NCBI GenBank assembly: GCA_035358715.1
Contig: DAOPPX010000009.1
Location: forward strand, 629-64,628
Length of the DNA: 64,000 nucleotides
Reading direction: 5' to 3'
Source of the DNA: Verrucomicrobiota bacterium
GTDB taxonomy: Bacteria; Verrucomicrobiota; Verrucomicrobiia; Limisphaerales; UBA8199
Each line of letters starts with the position of its first letter. The stretch's first letter is position 1. Of the stretch, positions 44,619-53,824 are shown piece after piece. Under the pieces are notes generated by a model. The model saw only the letters and a program-made list of their open reading frames with translations, was not told the DNA's origin and ran no database searches. The translations under genes were made by a program, and so were the position numbers.

Positions 44619-46103
44619 ATGAAGCGAATTATGCGTGTTTCATGGTTGACGATTCTGTGCCTGCTGATTGGTGCGTCGGCGAATGTGGCGGCGGCGACGA
44701 GAGACGCTCCCGCCGGCATTCTGGCCAGCAATACTCCCTTTGCCACGGAGTATTACATCCTCGATTCAGGCCAGCCCGGCCCGACGGTGTTCATTGGCGG
44801 GGGCGCGCACGGCAACGAGCCTGCGGGAGCGGCTGCGGCTGAGGCCATTCTGCATTGGCGGATTATTCGGGGCAGGATGGTCGTTGTTCCACGGGCCAAT
44901 GTTCCGGCGCTCAAGACGGGGAAGCGCTACACGCCGGGAGTTTCCAAAGGCGAGGCGAATCTCAACCGCAATTATCCGGCCAACCATTCCGGCGTGGCGC
45001 GAGGAACTCCTGCCCGTGAAATCTGGGCGCTTCTCCTTCAGCAACAACCGGACTGGGTGTTGGACCTGCATGAAGGCCATGATTTTCATCAGGTGAACTC
45101 CAATAGTGTCGGCAGCACGATCATTGCCACGACGAACGCCCGTGCCGCGACCGCCGCCCGGCTCATGCTTCGGGCGGTCAATCACACCATCCCGGAGGTC
45201 AAACTCAAGTTTGTGCATCGCAGAATGGGAGCCAGCGGCATGCTGGCCCGCGCCGCGGCGGATCGTTTGGACATCCCGGCGATGATCCTGGAAACCACCT
45301 CCAAGCGTCCTTTGGCAGAGCGCGTGCGGCAGCACGAGATCATGGTGTCCTGTCTGTTGCGGCATCTGGGGATGCTGGCGGTGGAAGCCGCCGATCACGA
45401 CAGCGCTGCCGCTCGCCCGCCGGTTCGCGTCGCGTTGTATCACGGCCCTGGCACCGGCGGCGCTGGGCCGCCGAACCTGCTCAAGCGCCTGCACTGCCCG
45501 CCGCAGTTCACCATTGCCAATCTTACGCCGGCGCAAATCCGCGGCGGGGCGCTGACGAATCACGACGTGGTGATTTTTGCCGGCGGCAGCGCCAGCAAGC
45601 AGGCCGAGGCCATCGGCGAGGATGGGCGCCAAACGGTGCGGCGGTTCGTGGAGCAGGGCGGGGGCTACATCGGGATTTGTGCCGGAGCCTACCTTGCGAC
45701 CAGCGGCCCGGCTGCGACGCGGCTGAACCTGGTGGACGCTGTCACCGTTTCGTCCCTATGGAAGCGCGGGCGTGGCAACGTGGAACTGGAGTTGACGGAT
45801 GCGGGCCTCAGAATCCTCGGTGATCCGGCGGGGAGGTTTGCCGTGCGTTACGTTAATGGGCCGATTGTAAAACCCGCCGGGCGGGAGGATTTGCCGGATT
45901 ATGAGCCGCTGGCTTGGTTTCGCACGGAGTTGGCCCAGAATAACACGCCGGTTGGGGGGATGGTCAACTCCCCCGCCATCTTCGCTGGGCCTTTTGGGCG
46001 CGGCCGCGCGGTTTGCGTCAGCCCGCACCCCGAACAAACCGACGGCCTGGATCACCTGTTGCCCCGTTTGGTTTTGTGGGTCACACCAAGGGGGGAGCAA
46101 TGA
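44619..46103 (+). CDS. Fusion: M14-like succinylglutamate-desuccinylase/aspartoacylase-family zinc hydrolase + class-I-glutamine-amidotransferase-like (BPL_N-type) domain
   Basis: Signal 'MKRIMRVSWLTILCLLIGASANVAA'. 'FIGGGAHGNEPAG' and 'VLDLHEG' are Zn-site blocks. The C-terminal half has 'VRVALYHGPGTGG...DVVIFAGGSA...GGGYIGICAGAYLA'. Confidence 0.7.
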   Translation: MKRIMRVSWLTILCLLIGASANVAAATRDAPAGILASNTPFATEYYILDSGQPGPTVFIGGGAHGNEPAGAAAAEAILHWRIIRGRMVVVPRANVPALKTGKRYTPGVSKGEANLNRNYPANHSGVARGTPAREIWALLLQQQPDWVLDLHEGHDFHQVNSNSVGSTIIATTNARAATAARLMLRAVNHTIPEVKLKFVHRRMGASGMLARAAADRLDIPAMILETTSKRPLAERVRQHEIMVSCLLRHLGMLAVEAADHDSAAARPPVRVALYHGPGTGGAGPPNLLKRLHCPPQFTIANLTPAQIRGGALTNHDVVIFAGGSASKQAEAIGEDGRQTVRRFVEQGGGYIGICAGAYLATSGPAATRLNLVDAVTVSSLWKRGRGNVELELTDAGLRILGDPAGRFAVRYVNGPIVKPAGREDLPDYEPLAWFRTELAQNNTPVGGMVNSPAIFAGPFGRGRAVCVSPHPEQTDGLDHLLPRLVLWVTPRGEQ

Positions 46104-46206
46104 TCGAACCGGGCGGGAGTTGATAGCCTTACCCAAAGGGCGAAACGCACGGCGCGGGCTTCCCGTTGAATCAACGTTGCCACAGCGTCCGATTTCTGGC
46201 TCCCTC

Positions 46207-47643
46207 GTGAGCGTGAAATACTTAGACTTGCTTGTCAGCCTGGGGCTTGTGGTGTCGCTTTCCGCCTTGGCCCAACCGGGCCGGGAGAAGCCAGCCAGGC
46301 GGGAGCCCGCGCCGTTGACCGGCCAGAGGACCGATGGGTATCGAGGCATCTGGTTCACGTTGGGCCAGCGCCTGCCTTACGGCGACAAGTATTCCGGCGG
46401 ATTGGGCACCTACACGGCCAATCATGTGCCGATGGCGATCTACGCGCCGAAAGTGGAGAAAACGTTCTTTACCTACGGCGGCACGCTTCCAGGCCAACGA
46501 CACCTGCTGATCATGGCCTCCTATTACGATCACCGGCGAAACGAAGTGCCCCGGCCCGTCATCGTCCATGACAAGGTGACGGTCAACGACCCGCACGACA
46601 ACGGCAGCATTTGCCTCGATGAGCGGGGGCACATCTGGATATTCGTCAGCGGGCGCGGCCGGGCTCGACCAGGGTTCAAGTATCGCAGCAAACAGGCCTA
46701 TGATATCAGTGAGTTCGAACTGATCTCCACCGAGGAACTGACTTATCCGCAACCCTGGTCGCTCCCCGGCCAGGGCTTCCTGCACCTGTTCACGAAATAC
46801 ACTGCCGGACGCGAGTTATATTGGGAGACCAGCGCGGAGGGCGTCGCGTGGAGCGAAGACCACAAGCTGGCCGGCCTCGAAGGCCATTACCAAACCAGCC
46901 GCGCGTTCGGCAACAAGGTGGCTACCTTCTTCAACCGACATCCCGGCCATTCGGTGGACAAGCGCACTGATCTCTACTACCTGCAAACCACCGACTTCGG
47001 TAGAACCTGGACTACCGCCGACGGCACGCAGGTGAGTGTTCCGTTGAGAGAGAACGACAATCCCGCGCGGGTGGTTGATTATTCGGCACGAGGCCGAATG
47101 ATGTACACGATGGACGTGAATTTCGACCGGCTGGGCAATCCCGTTCTTCTCTATATCGTTTGCGCTGATTTCAAACCCGGCCCCGAGGCCGGGCCGCGTG
47201 AATGGACAGTGGCTCACTGGACCGGGACCCGCTGGACGACCAACATCGTTTGCCGATCCGAGCACAACTACGATGTTGGCGGCCTCTACATAAAGGGCAA
47301 GGAATGGATGGTCTATGGGCCCACGGAGCGCGGGCCGCAGCGTTGGGGAGCAGGCGGAGAGGTGGCCATCTGGACCAGCCGGGACGAGGGCAGGACCTGG
47401 AAACGGAAGCGGCAGGTGACGTCCGGCAGCGAGTTCAATCACACCTACGTCCGGCGTCCGGTTGAGGCCCGAGACCCTTTCTTCGCATTCTGGGCTGACG
47501 GCAATCCGGACCAACTCAGCATCTCACGGTTGTATTTCGGCGATTCCAAGGGCCGCTGCTGGCAGTTGCCCTACGACATGCCGGGCGAAACCGCCAGGCC
47601 GAGGGCTATGAAGTTTCCAGCGCGGCCTGTGGCTCGGCAGTAG
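46207..47643 (+). CDS. BNR_4-type BNR-repeat (sialidase-fold) protein
   Basis: Asp-box/BNR motifs 'TTDFGRTWTT' and 'WTSRDEGRTWKR'. 'YGDKYSGGLGTYTANHVPMAIY' is family-typical. A GTG at 46207 (signal 'VSVKYLDLLVSLGLVVSLSALA') is preferred; the ATG at 45901 would overlap the previous gene by about 200 nt. Confidence 0.7.
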   Translation: MSVKYLDLLVSLGLVVSLSALAQPGREKPARREPAPLTGQRTDGYRGIWFTLGQRLPYGDKYSGGLGTYTANHVPMAIYAPKVEKTFFTYGGTLPGQRHLLIMASYYDHRRNEVPRPVIVHDKVTVNDPHDNGSICLDERGHIWIFVSGRGRARPGFKYRSKQAYDISEFELISTEELTYPQPWSLPGQGFLHLFTKYTAGRELYWETSAEGVAWSEDHKLAGLEGHYQTSRAFGNKVATFFNRHPGHSVDKRTDLYYLQTTDFGRTWTTADGTQVSVPLRENDNPARVVDYSARGRMMYTMDVNFDRLGNPVLLYIVCADFKPGPEAGPREWTVAHWTGTRWTTNIVCRSEHNYDVGGLYIKGKEWMVYGPTERGPQRWGAGGEVAIWTSRDEGRTWKRKRQVTSGSEFNHTYVRRPVEARDPFFAFWADGNPDQLSISRLYFGDSKGRCWQLPYDMPGETARPRAMKFPARPVARQ

Positions 47644-47821
47644 AACATTGCTCCGGTGCAATAAATGGCGGATAATGCGCTCTGCACACGCGCCGTGCCT
47701 TCGAGCTGGAAAATGTGATGGCATGCAACTCCTCTCTTGAACACTGGACCACAAGGGCGCACAATGACGATCAGTTAAATGCAGGCGTACATGAACCTGA
47801 TCGCTTACTAAACAGCAAGGT

Positions 47822-49207
47822 ATGATTATGAAAGACGACATCTCCCGACGTGAGTTTATCAAGCGTGGCTCTGTTGCGGGCGGCACCGCTGTTTTGGCCG
47901 CCGGCACAGCAGGGTCGCTGCTCGCCCAGGCAGCGGGCGCGGACGCTTCAACCCCGGCCGCTCTCGGTGGTGCCAAAGCACACGCCAAGAAATGGCCGGC
48001 GTGGCCGGCGTGGGACCCCGCCGACGATGGGAAGGTAACCCAGGTGCTGCACGGCAGCACGTGGCACCGGGGCAGGCTGGTGAAGGAATTCGAGGAGAAA
48101 TGGGCGGCTCTGATGGGCTCCAAGCATTGCCTGGCCGTAGTGAACGGCACCAACGCCCTCAGCGCGTCGTTCATGGTGATGGACCTGAACCCCGGCGACG
48201 AAGTGATCTGCGCACCATACACATTCAGCGCCAGTATGCTGGGCGTGCTTTACAAGAGCGCGATGCCGGTCTGGGCCGATATTGATCCTCTCACCTACCA
48301 GATGGATCCCGCGAAGGTGGAAGCCAAGATCACGCCGCGCACCAAGGCGATCCTGCCGGTGCACATCTGCGGTTACGCGAGCGACATGCCGCGGCTCATG
48401 GAGATCGCGCGCAAGCACAACCTGAAAGTCGTCGAGGATGTCTGCCAGGCGCACATGGGCAACATCAATGGCAGGAACCTCGGCACCTTTGGCACAACCG
48501 GTTGCTTCAGTTTCCAGACCTCGAAAGTGATGCCCATCGGCGAGGGCGGCGCGATCATCACCGATGACTCCGAGCTATACGACAAGCTCTACTCCTATCA
48601 CAACTACGGCTACAAGACCAATATCACCCCGGGCTCCTACGACAACATCGCCGCGTTCAGGCTGGGCAACAAAATCCGCATGGCCGAATACCAGGCGGCG
48701 ATCGGCCTTTGCCAACTGCCAAAGCTCGAGGAACAGACCCGCATCCGCACCGAGAACGCGGCTTACCTCACGCCTAAACTGGCCGCCATTCCCGGGATCA
48801 CACCGGTCAAGACCTACCCGGGCGTGACCCGCCTGTCGTATTACATGTATCCTTTCATCTACGACGCCGCCAAGTTCGACGGCTTGTCACGGGCGGATTT
48901 CGTGAGATCGCTTTCGGCGGAAGGCATTCCTGCCAGCCCCGGCTATCCGAAATACCCGATCTACACGCAGGAGTTCATTCACGAGATGTTCAAGACGGAG
49001 ATCTACAGGAAGTTCTACACCAGCGAGCAATTGGACTGGGAAGCTTACAAGCAACGCAACCATTGCCCGGGCCTTATGAAGACCTTCGACACCTCCGTGT
49101 GGCTTAGCACCACAGGCATGCTTCTTGGAAGCAAAGCTGACATGGACGACGTGGTCCGCGCCATCGAGAAGATCCAGAAACACGCTTCGAAACTAAAGAA
49201 GGCATAA
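47822..49207 (+). CDS. DegT/DnrJ/EryC1/StrS-family PLP aminotransferase carrying a twin-arginine (Tat) signal peptide
   Basis: 'DISRREFIKRGSVAGGTAVLAAGTAGSLLAQAAGA' is S-R-R-x-F-I-K plus h-region plus AxA. 'NGTNALSASF', 'VVEDVCQAHMG' and 'SFQTSKVMPIGEGG' (PLP Lys) are DegT blocks. Confidence 0.85.
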   Translation: MIMKDDISRREFIKRGSVAGGTAVLAAGTAGSLLAQAAGADASTPAALGGAKAHAKKWPAWPAWDPADDGKVTQVLHGSTWHRGRLVKEFEEKWAALMGSKHCLAVVNGTNALSASFMVMDLNPGDEVICAPYTFSASMLGVLYKSAMPVWADIDPLTYQMDPAKVEAKITPRTKAILPVHICGYASDMPRLMEIARKHNLKVVEDVCQAHMGNINGRNLGTFGTTGCFSFQTSKVMPIGEGGAIITDDSELYDKLYSYHNYGYKTNITPGSYDNIAAFRLGNKIRMAEYQAAIGLCQLPKLEEQTRIRTENAAYLTPKLAAIPGITPVKTYPGVTRLSYYMYPFIYDAAKFDGLSRADFVRSLSAEGIPASPGYPKYPIYTQEFIHEMFKTEIYRKFYTSEQLDWEAYKQRNHCPGLMKTFDTSVWLSTTGMLLGSKADMDDVVRAIEKIQKHASKLKKA

Positions 49208-49320
49208 GCGGCGTTGTTGGCCGTCAAAGCGAGCAAGAGCGCAGGTGCTGGAATGGCGTTTGTCCCCGCTTCCATAGGGGGCAGTGGCGGCCTCGCCTGC
49301 GGCCGCGCCTCGGACAAACT

Positions 49321-50625
49321 TCATTCCCGCAGTAAACCTACCGCCGCATCCACCAACAACTGCCCGCACTCATCGGCGCCCAAGCTTCGAACGCCCATCT
49401 CGTAACCGCCGCGGGCCCTTTCGCCCGGCATGCCAACATATTGCACGCCGTAGCCGTTCGAGTAGCCGAGAACGATCGTGTGCGGACGTGGAGACTGGTC
49501 CAGGATCGCTGTCGAAAGCGCGCTTAGCGGCTCGCCAGGCAGTGAAACGATCGCAAGCTCACCGCATCTCAAAGCCTGGACTTCGCAGGACAGGTGCTCG
49601 CACCCCACCTCGGCGCGGATGCTCTCCTTAACAGGCGCTTTGACAATCGTGCTCGCCACATGAAAGCTGTTCGTTACGGGCAGAGGGTGGGTCACATGCG
49701 CCGCCTTCAGCGCGCGCTCGATAATCGTTTTCGACATCGCATCACGAGCATCCAGGCCCCGCCGGATGGGATTAATATCACCCGCGCACCCCTGAAGGAA
49801 GATGGACTCGCCGCCAAGTTCCCTGGAGAGCGCGGACGAAACCGGCCCGTGCCAGTCGCCGCACACACCGTCGTATTTCGGGTAGGCCACCACGGCATGA
49901 CATGCGGTGTGATAAAGAGACGCCACCGTGCCGCCCTGCTCATCCCGCAGGAGCAGAAGCGTCAGCGTGGGATCCACCTTTCCATACCGCAGCCCTGAAG
50001 CCATCACATACGGGTCCGCGGAACTCGTGAGGGATTGCACAGTCCCGTCCGGCTTGATGGGGCGGCGATTAAAGATCACATCGCCGATGTACGCTCGGCT
50101 GATCGAGAGCGCTGCAGGCCTTAGCCTCTTCGCTGCCTCCGCAACTGCACGGGCTGTGGCCTCGATGAGCTTGTCCGCCCACGCCGGGTACGCCGGGTCG
50201 GTCAAAAACGAATTCAGCACCTTCTGTTCTGCTGGGGTCAAAGGCGTGCCCAAGATCGGCGACCATGGCGCGGAATGGTTATGAGTTGCCGTGATCATCA
50301 CGTCGCTCTTCGCAATCCCAGTCACCTTGTGGATGGCTTCGCGCGCTTTAGCGACGGCGCCTTCCATCGGATAGAGGAGTTCCCAGCTTACGATTGCACA
50401 ACGTCTGCCCGAGTGCTCAAGGACCACCGCCCGGGTGTAGATGGGCTCTAGGATTTCTCCGTAGGGTTTATGCGTAATCCAGTTGCTGAGGTTGGTGCCG
50501 GGGGTAATATCCGCTCGCGCGGCGCCCGCGCTCAAGCCCGGCGCCCCATAGGCCGGTTGTTCACAAACGAACCAGGTCAGGATACCTATAAGCAGAATGC
50601 AGCCAATCACGTTGCGATCTCTCAT
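49321..50625 (-). CDS. Ceramidase N-terminal-domain-like hydrolase (paralog 3 of 3)
   Basis: Signal 'VIGCILLIGILTWFVCEQPAYG'. 'AARADITPGT...EPIYTRAVVLE...CAIVSWELLY...VMITATHNHSAPW'. Confidence 0.7.
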   Translation of the reverse strand: MRDRNVIGCILLIGILTWFVCEQPAYGAPGLSAGAARADITPGTNLSNWITHKPYGEILEPIYTRAVVLEHSGRRCAIVSWELLYPMEGAVAKAREAIHKVTGIAKSDVMITATHNHSAPWSPILGTPLTPAEQKVLNSFLTDPAYPAWADKLIEATARAVAEAAKRLRPAALSISRAYIGDVIFNRRPIKPDGTVQSLTSSADPYVMASGLRYGKVDPTLTLLLLRDEQGGTVASLYHTACHAVVAYPKYDGVCGDWHGPVSSALSRELGGESIFLQGCAGDINPIRRGLDARDAMSKTIIERALKAAHVTHPLPVTNSFHVASTIVKAPVKESIRAEVGCEHLSCEVQALRCGELAIVSLPGEPLSALSTAILDQSPRPHTIVLGYSNGYGVQYVGMPGERARGGYEMGVRSLGADECGQLLVDAAVGLLRE

Positions 50626-50854
50626 ACTCGGTCATATTACAAGCAACTTACCCTCTCGCTCGCAACCAAACTGATCGGAAATCGCGCTTGGCGCGCCCGC
50701 ATCTGCTCGGCGCTTGGCGGGTGGGCGCGGCAACAACACACGGGTTCGATTTCCTTAAAGTGGGCAGGACGGAGGAGGGGGGGCTACTGCTTTTCCCGAG
50801 GTTGCAGTTTGCCGCACTCTTACTGCACACCTTCAAAAGACCCAATGAAATCAA

Positions 50855-50928
50855 TGGAGCGGGTGAAGGGAATCGAACCCTCATCTCAGGCTTGGGAAGC
50901 CCGCATTCTACCACTGAACCACACCCGC
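50855..50928 (-). tRNA. tRNA-Gly (anticodon CCC), CCA end encoded
   Basis: GCGGGTG/CACCCGC acceptor stem, D-arm GTTC..GAAT, anticodon arm CGGGC-TTCCCAA-GCCTG, T-arm GAGGG-TTCGATT-CCCTT, discriminator U, CCA. 74 nt. Confidence 0.9.
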
Positions 50929-51132
50929 TTCATTCACTGGGATCACTTTTAGCACAGCCAGCTTGGGCCTGCAAGAATTGATTGCATCTGAATTCTGACA
51001 CTGACCCAAATCCCTCTACCGCGGCTTTCTGCCTGGAGCCCAGGCGTTGGTTGAAACGGTGAGAATTGGGAATAGCCTGCCAACAGAGCCGATTCCGCTC
51101 GAAATCCGCGCGAGGCGCGCTAGCCTTGGTGT

Positions 51133-52080
51133 ATGGCCGCATTGCGAATCGTCTTCATGGGCACGGCGAAGTTGTCGTGCGACAGCCTGGGGGGGCTGAT
51201 GGAATCGCCAGACTTTCAGGTAGCGGCAGTCGTCACTCAACCGGATCGTCCCAAGGGGCGGGACCTCAAGCTGCAACCGTCGCCGGTGAAGGAGTTGGGC
51301 TTGCAGGCCGGGCTGCCGGTGCTGCAACCCGAGCGGGCCCGCAGCGAAGCGTTTCTGGAGGAGTTGCGCAGGCTGCGGCCGGAGTTGATCGTCGTGGTGG
51401 CCTATGGCCAGATACTTCCACCGGGCATTCTGAACCTGCCGCGGTTCGGCTGCCTCAATGTTCACACTTCGCTGCTTCCCGGGTATCGCGGCGCCGCGCC
51501 GATCCAATGGGCGATGCTCAATGGCGATGTGGAAACGGGAGTCACGATTATGAAGATGGACGCCGGCCTGGATACCGGTGGCATTCTAACGCAGGCCAAG
51601 ACGCAGATCCTGCAGGAGGACACTGCGGAAACCCTGCACGATCGGCTCGCCCGGATAGGCGCAGAGTTGCTGGCAAGGACCATACCGGACTACGTTGCGG
51701 GCAGAATTACCCCGCGGGACCAACCTGTGGAAGGTGTTAGCTACGCTCCCAAGATTAAGAAGCAGGACGGCTGTATAGACTGGCGCCAGCCGGCGCGGGC
51801 GATTTGGAACCGGGTGCGGGGTCTGGTGCCGTGGCCCGGGGCGTTCAGCTTTTTGCCCAGCCAATCCCAGCCGCTCATGCTTAAGATCTGGCAGGCAGAG
51901 ATCGCGGATTGTTCGGGCCCGCCCGGCGAGTTGTTGCGAGCCGACAAGAGCGGCATTGTGGTGGGGTGCGGCGATATGGCTCTGCGGATCCTGATGTTGC
52001 AGCGCGAGGGGGGGCGACGCCTGGAAGCGCAGGCCTTCCTGGCGGGACACCCATTGCAGGCGGGCCAGAAGCTGGGCTGA
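51133..52080 (+). CDS. fmt: Methionyl-tRNA formyltransferase
   Basis: 'LRIVFMGTAKLS', 'IVVVAYGQILP', 'GCLNVHTSLLPGYRGAAPIQWAMLNGD' and 'TGVTIMKMDAGLDTG' are canonical Fmt blocks. Confidence 0.9.
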   Translation: MAALRIVFMGTAKLSCDSLGGLMESPDFQVAAVVTQPDRPKGRDLKLQPSPVKELGLQAGLPVLQPERARSEAFLEELRRLRPELIVVVAYGQILPPGILNLPRFGCLNVHTSLLPGYRGAAPIQWAMLNGDVETGVTIMKMDAGLDTGGILTQAKTQILQEDTAETLHDRLARIGAELLARTIPDYVAGRITPRDQPVEGVSYAPKIKKQDGCIDWRQPARAIWNRVRGLVPWPGAFSFLPSQSQPLMLKIWQAEIADCSGPPGELLRADKSGIVVGCGDMALRILMLQREGGRRLEAQAFLAGHPLQAGQKLG

Positions 52081-52103
52081 GGCTCTGCCGTCGTGCCAAC
52101 TGC

Positions 52104-52130
52104 CAGCGCCAACACTGGCGCTGTCTCTTT
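52104..52130 (+). terminator. Candidate intrinsic terminator after fmt
   Basis: cagcgcca-acac-tggcgctg is a perfect 8-bp stem, followed by tctctttc (weak U-tract). Lies 24 nt after the fmt stop. Confidence 0.4.
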
Positions 52131-52316
52131 CACTACCGCGGCGCGATCCCACAACATCGAGTTCAGGGCGTTCTGCAAGGTCCCGCTTAGTGACGGCGAG
52201 CCGGCGGCCAACTCAGGGCGGTGAGCCTGCGAAACCGTGGGGCAATTGACCGGACCTGGAGTAGTTCTGACGGCGACCGGCCGGCATTTGCTCCAGGTGC
52301 GGACGCGTTGCACCGC

Positions 52317-53738
52317 TTATGCTCCTCCTCGCGGCCAGAAGCGAATCCAGAAGCGCTGGGGAGATTCAATCAGGATTTCGCGGAGGAGCTCTTCCATGCT
52401 GACGGCTTCGGGTTCGTGAAGCCGGCGGGCGAGGGCCAGGGTGACCGTAAAAGCGAGCGCTGCCGCGGCGAAGAAGACGGTGTAGCGGTTCCATGCCAAA
52501 CCGAGCCAGACTGGGGATCGGGCGCCGACGGCGTCAATGAGCAATCCCCAGCCGATGGGGGCCAGGCCGAGGGTGACGTTGCCGATGGTGGAGTAGATGG
52601 CGAAGAAGTGGTTGCGGCCCATGACCGGGATGATGGCCATGGCAAGGCGGGTATTGGCCATCTGGATGAGCGCGGCCAGCAGTCCCATCAGGAACTGGAG
52701 CACAAGGATGCCGACCAACTTCACCTCGAAGACGCCGCCAGAGAGGGAAACCCACCCTCCAAGCACAGCCACCCAACCGGCAAAACAAAAGGTCAGCACG
52801 GGTTTGCTGCCAAGGTGATCGAGCCGCGAGCCGAGCAGCCAGAGGCTGCTGAGGCCGCCCAGAAAGGCACTGGAGTTGACGAGGAGTATCTGGCCTTCGG
52901 ACAAGGTCGTCTGGCTCTTAAGGAAAGCGACGACAAAGGCGGTCAGCCCGCCATAGGCAACGGAGTAGCCCACCAGAGTGCAAAGGAGCTTCTTGAAAGG
53001 GGCGTAGCGAATCATCTCCAGCCAGGGCACGCGGCCTTTGGAGGCGCGCGTTTCCTCTGGCATCGCGGCGTCGGGGATGCGGTTAAGGAAGGCGAGGCTG
53101 ACGGCGCCCATGATGGCGCTGAAAGCGAAAAGGCCGGCGAATTGCCACGAGCGCGTCTGGCCGCTGAGGCAAGCGCCCGCGATCAGGAAGGTGATGAGGC
53201 TCGCGCAGCTCTGGACGGCGGAATCCCGGGCGAGGTACTTCCCGCGCAACGGGGCTGGAACCAGGGCGGTAATCCACGGGAGCCAGGCGCAACTGGAGAT
53301 GCCCCGGGAGAGGTTGAAACCGAACAGCAGCATCAGCAGCAGCGCGAGCCGGGTCTCCTGTTTGAGGAAAAAGCCGGTGAGCGGCACCAGGGCCATGGCG
53401 AAAATGAACATGACGCGCGTGCCCCACCCCGCGTAGACGAAGCGTTTGAAGCCCAGCCGGGGAATATGGCTGGCGGCAGGGATTTGGAAGATGACCAGCA
53501 GGGGCATCATGCCCGCAATGATGCCGAGCACGGTGGCGCTGGCGCCGAGGGTCTTGGCGTAGAGGACCATCGGGCTGTTGAGCACAATCTGGTAGGAGAA
53601 TGCATTGAAGATGGAGAACAGATAGGCATGGTGCAGGCCGGGAGGGAAGGAGGGCGCGTCCGCTCCTGGCGGGTTCAAGCTGTCTGTGTGGTGCCTGGCC
53701 ATAATGCCCGAGCTCAGTCTCTCAATCGGACCAAACAT
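52317..53738 (-). CDS. MFS-type transporter
   Basis: About 12 hydrophobic segments, and an ORF of natural composition opposite a G/E/A/D-rich shadow ORF. The family call rests on topology-like pattern only. Confidence 0.7.
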   Translation of the reverse strand: MFGPIERLSSGIMARHHTDSLNPPGADAPSFPPGLHHAYLFSIFNAFSYQIVLNSPMVLYAKTLGASATVLGIIAGMMPLLVIFQIPAASHIPRLGFKRFVYAGWGTRVMFIFAMALVPLTGFFLKQETRLALLLMLLFGFNLSRGISSCAWLPWITALVPAPLRGKYLARDSAVQSCASLITFLIAGACLSGQTRSWQFAGLFAFSAIMGAVSLAFLNRIPDAAMPEETRASKGRVPWLEMIRYAPFKKLLCTLVGYSVAYGGLTAFVVAFLKSQTTLSEGQILLVNSSAFLGGLSSLWLLGSRLDHLGSKPVLTFCFAGWVAVLGGWVSLSGGVFEVKLVGILVLQFLMGLLAALIQMANTRLAMAIIPVMGRNHFFAIYSTIGNVTLGLAPIGWGLLIDAVGARSPVWLGLAWNRYTVFFAAAALAFTVTLALARRLHEPEAVSMEELLREILIESPQRFWIRFWPRGGA

Positions 53739-53824
53739 GGCCCGAGTTGCGCGGCCATGCGAATCAAAAGCGGATGCCGCGGCGAGGCATCCCCGCTCTG
53801 GGAAATCAGAACCGCAGGGCTATT

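Noticed and set aside
50690-50800. Possible second tRNA or tRNA remnant ('gggttcgatttcc' T-arm-like string) next to tRNA-Gly
   Set aside because: I could not build an acceptor stem, D-arm or anticodon arm around it. It is probably a chance match or a heavily degraded fragment.
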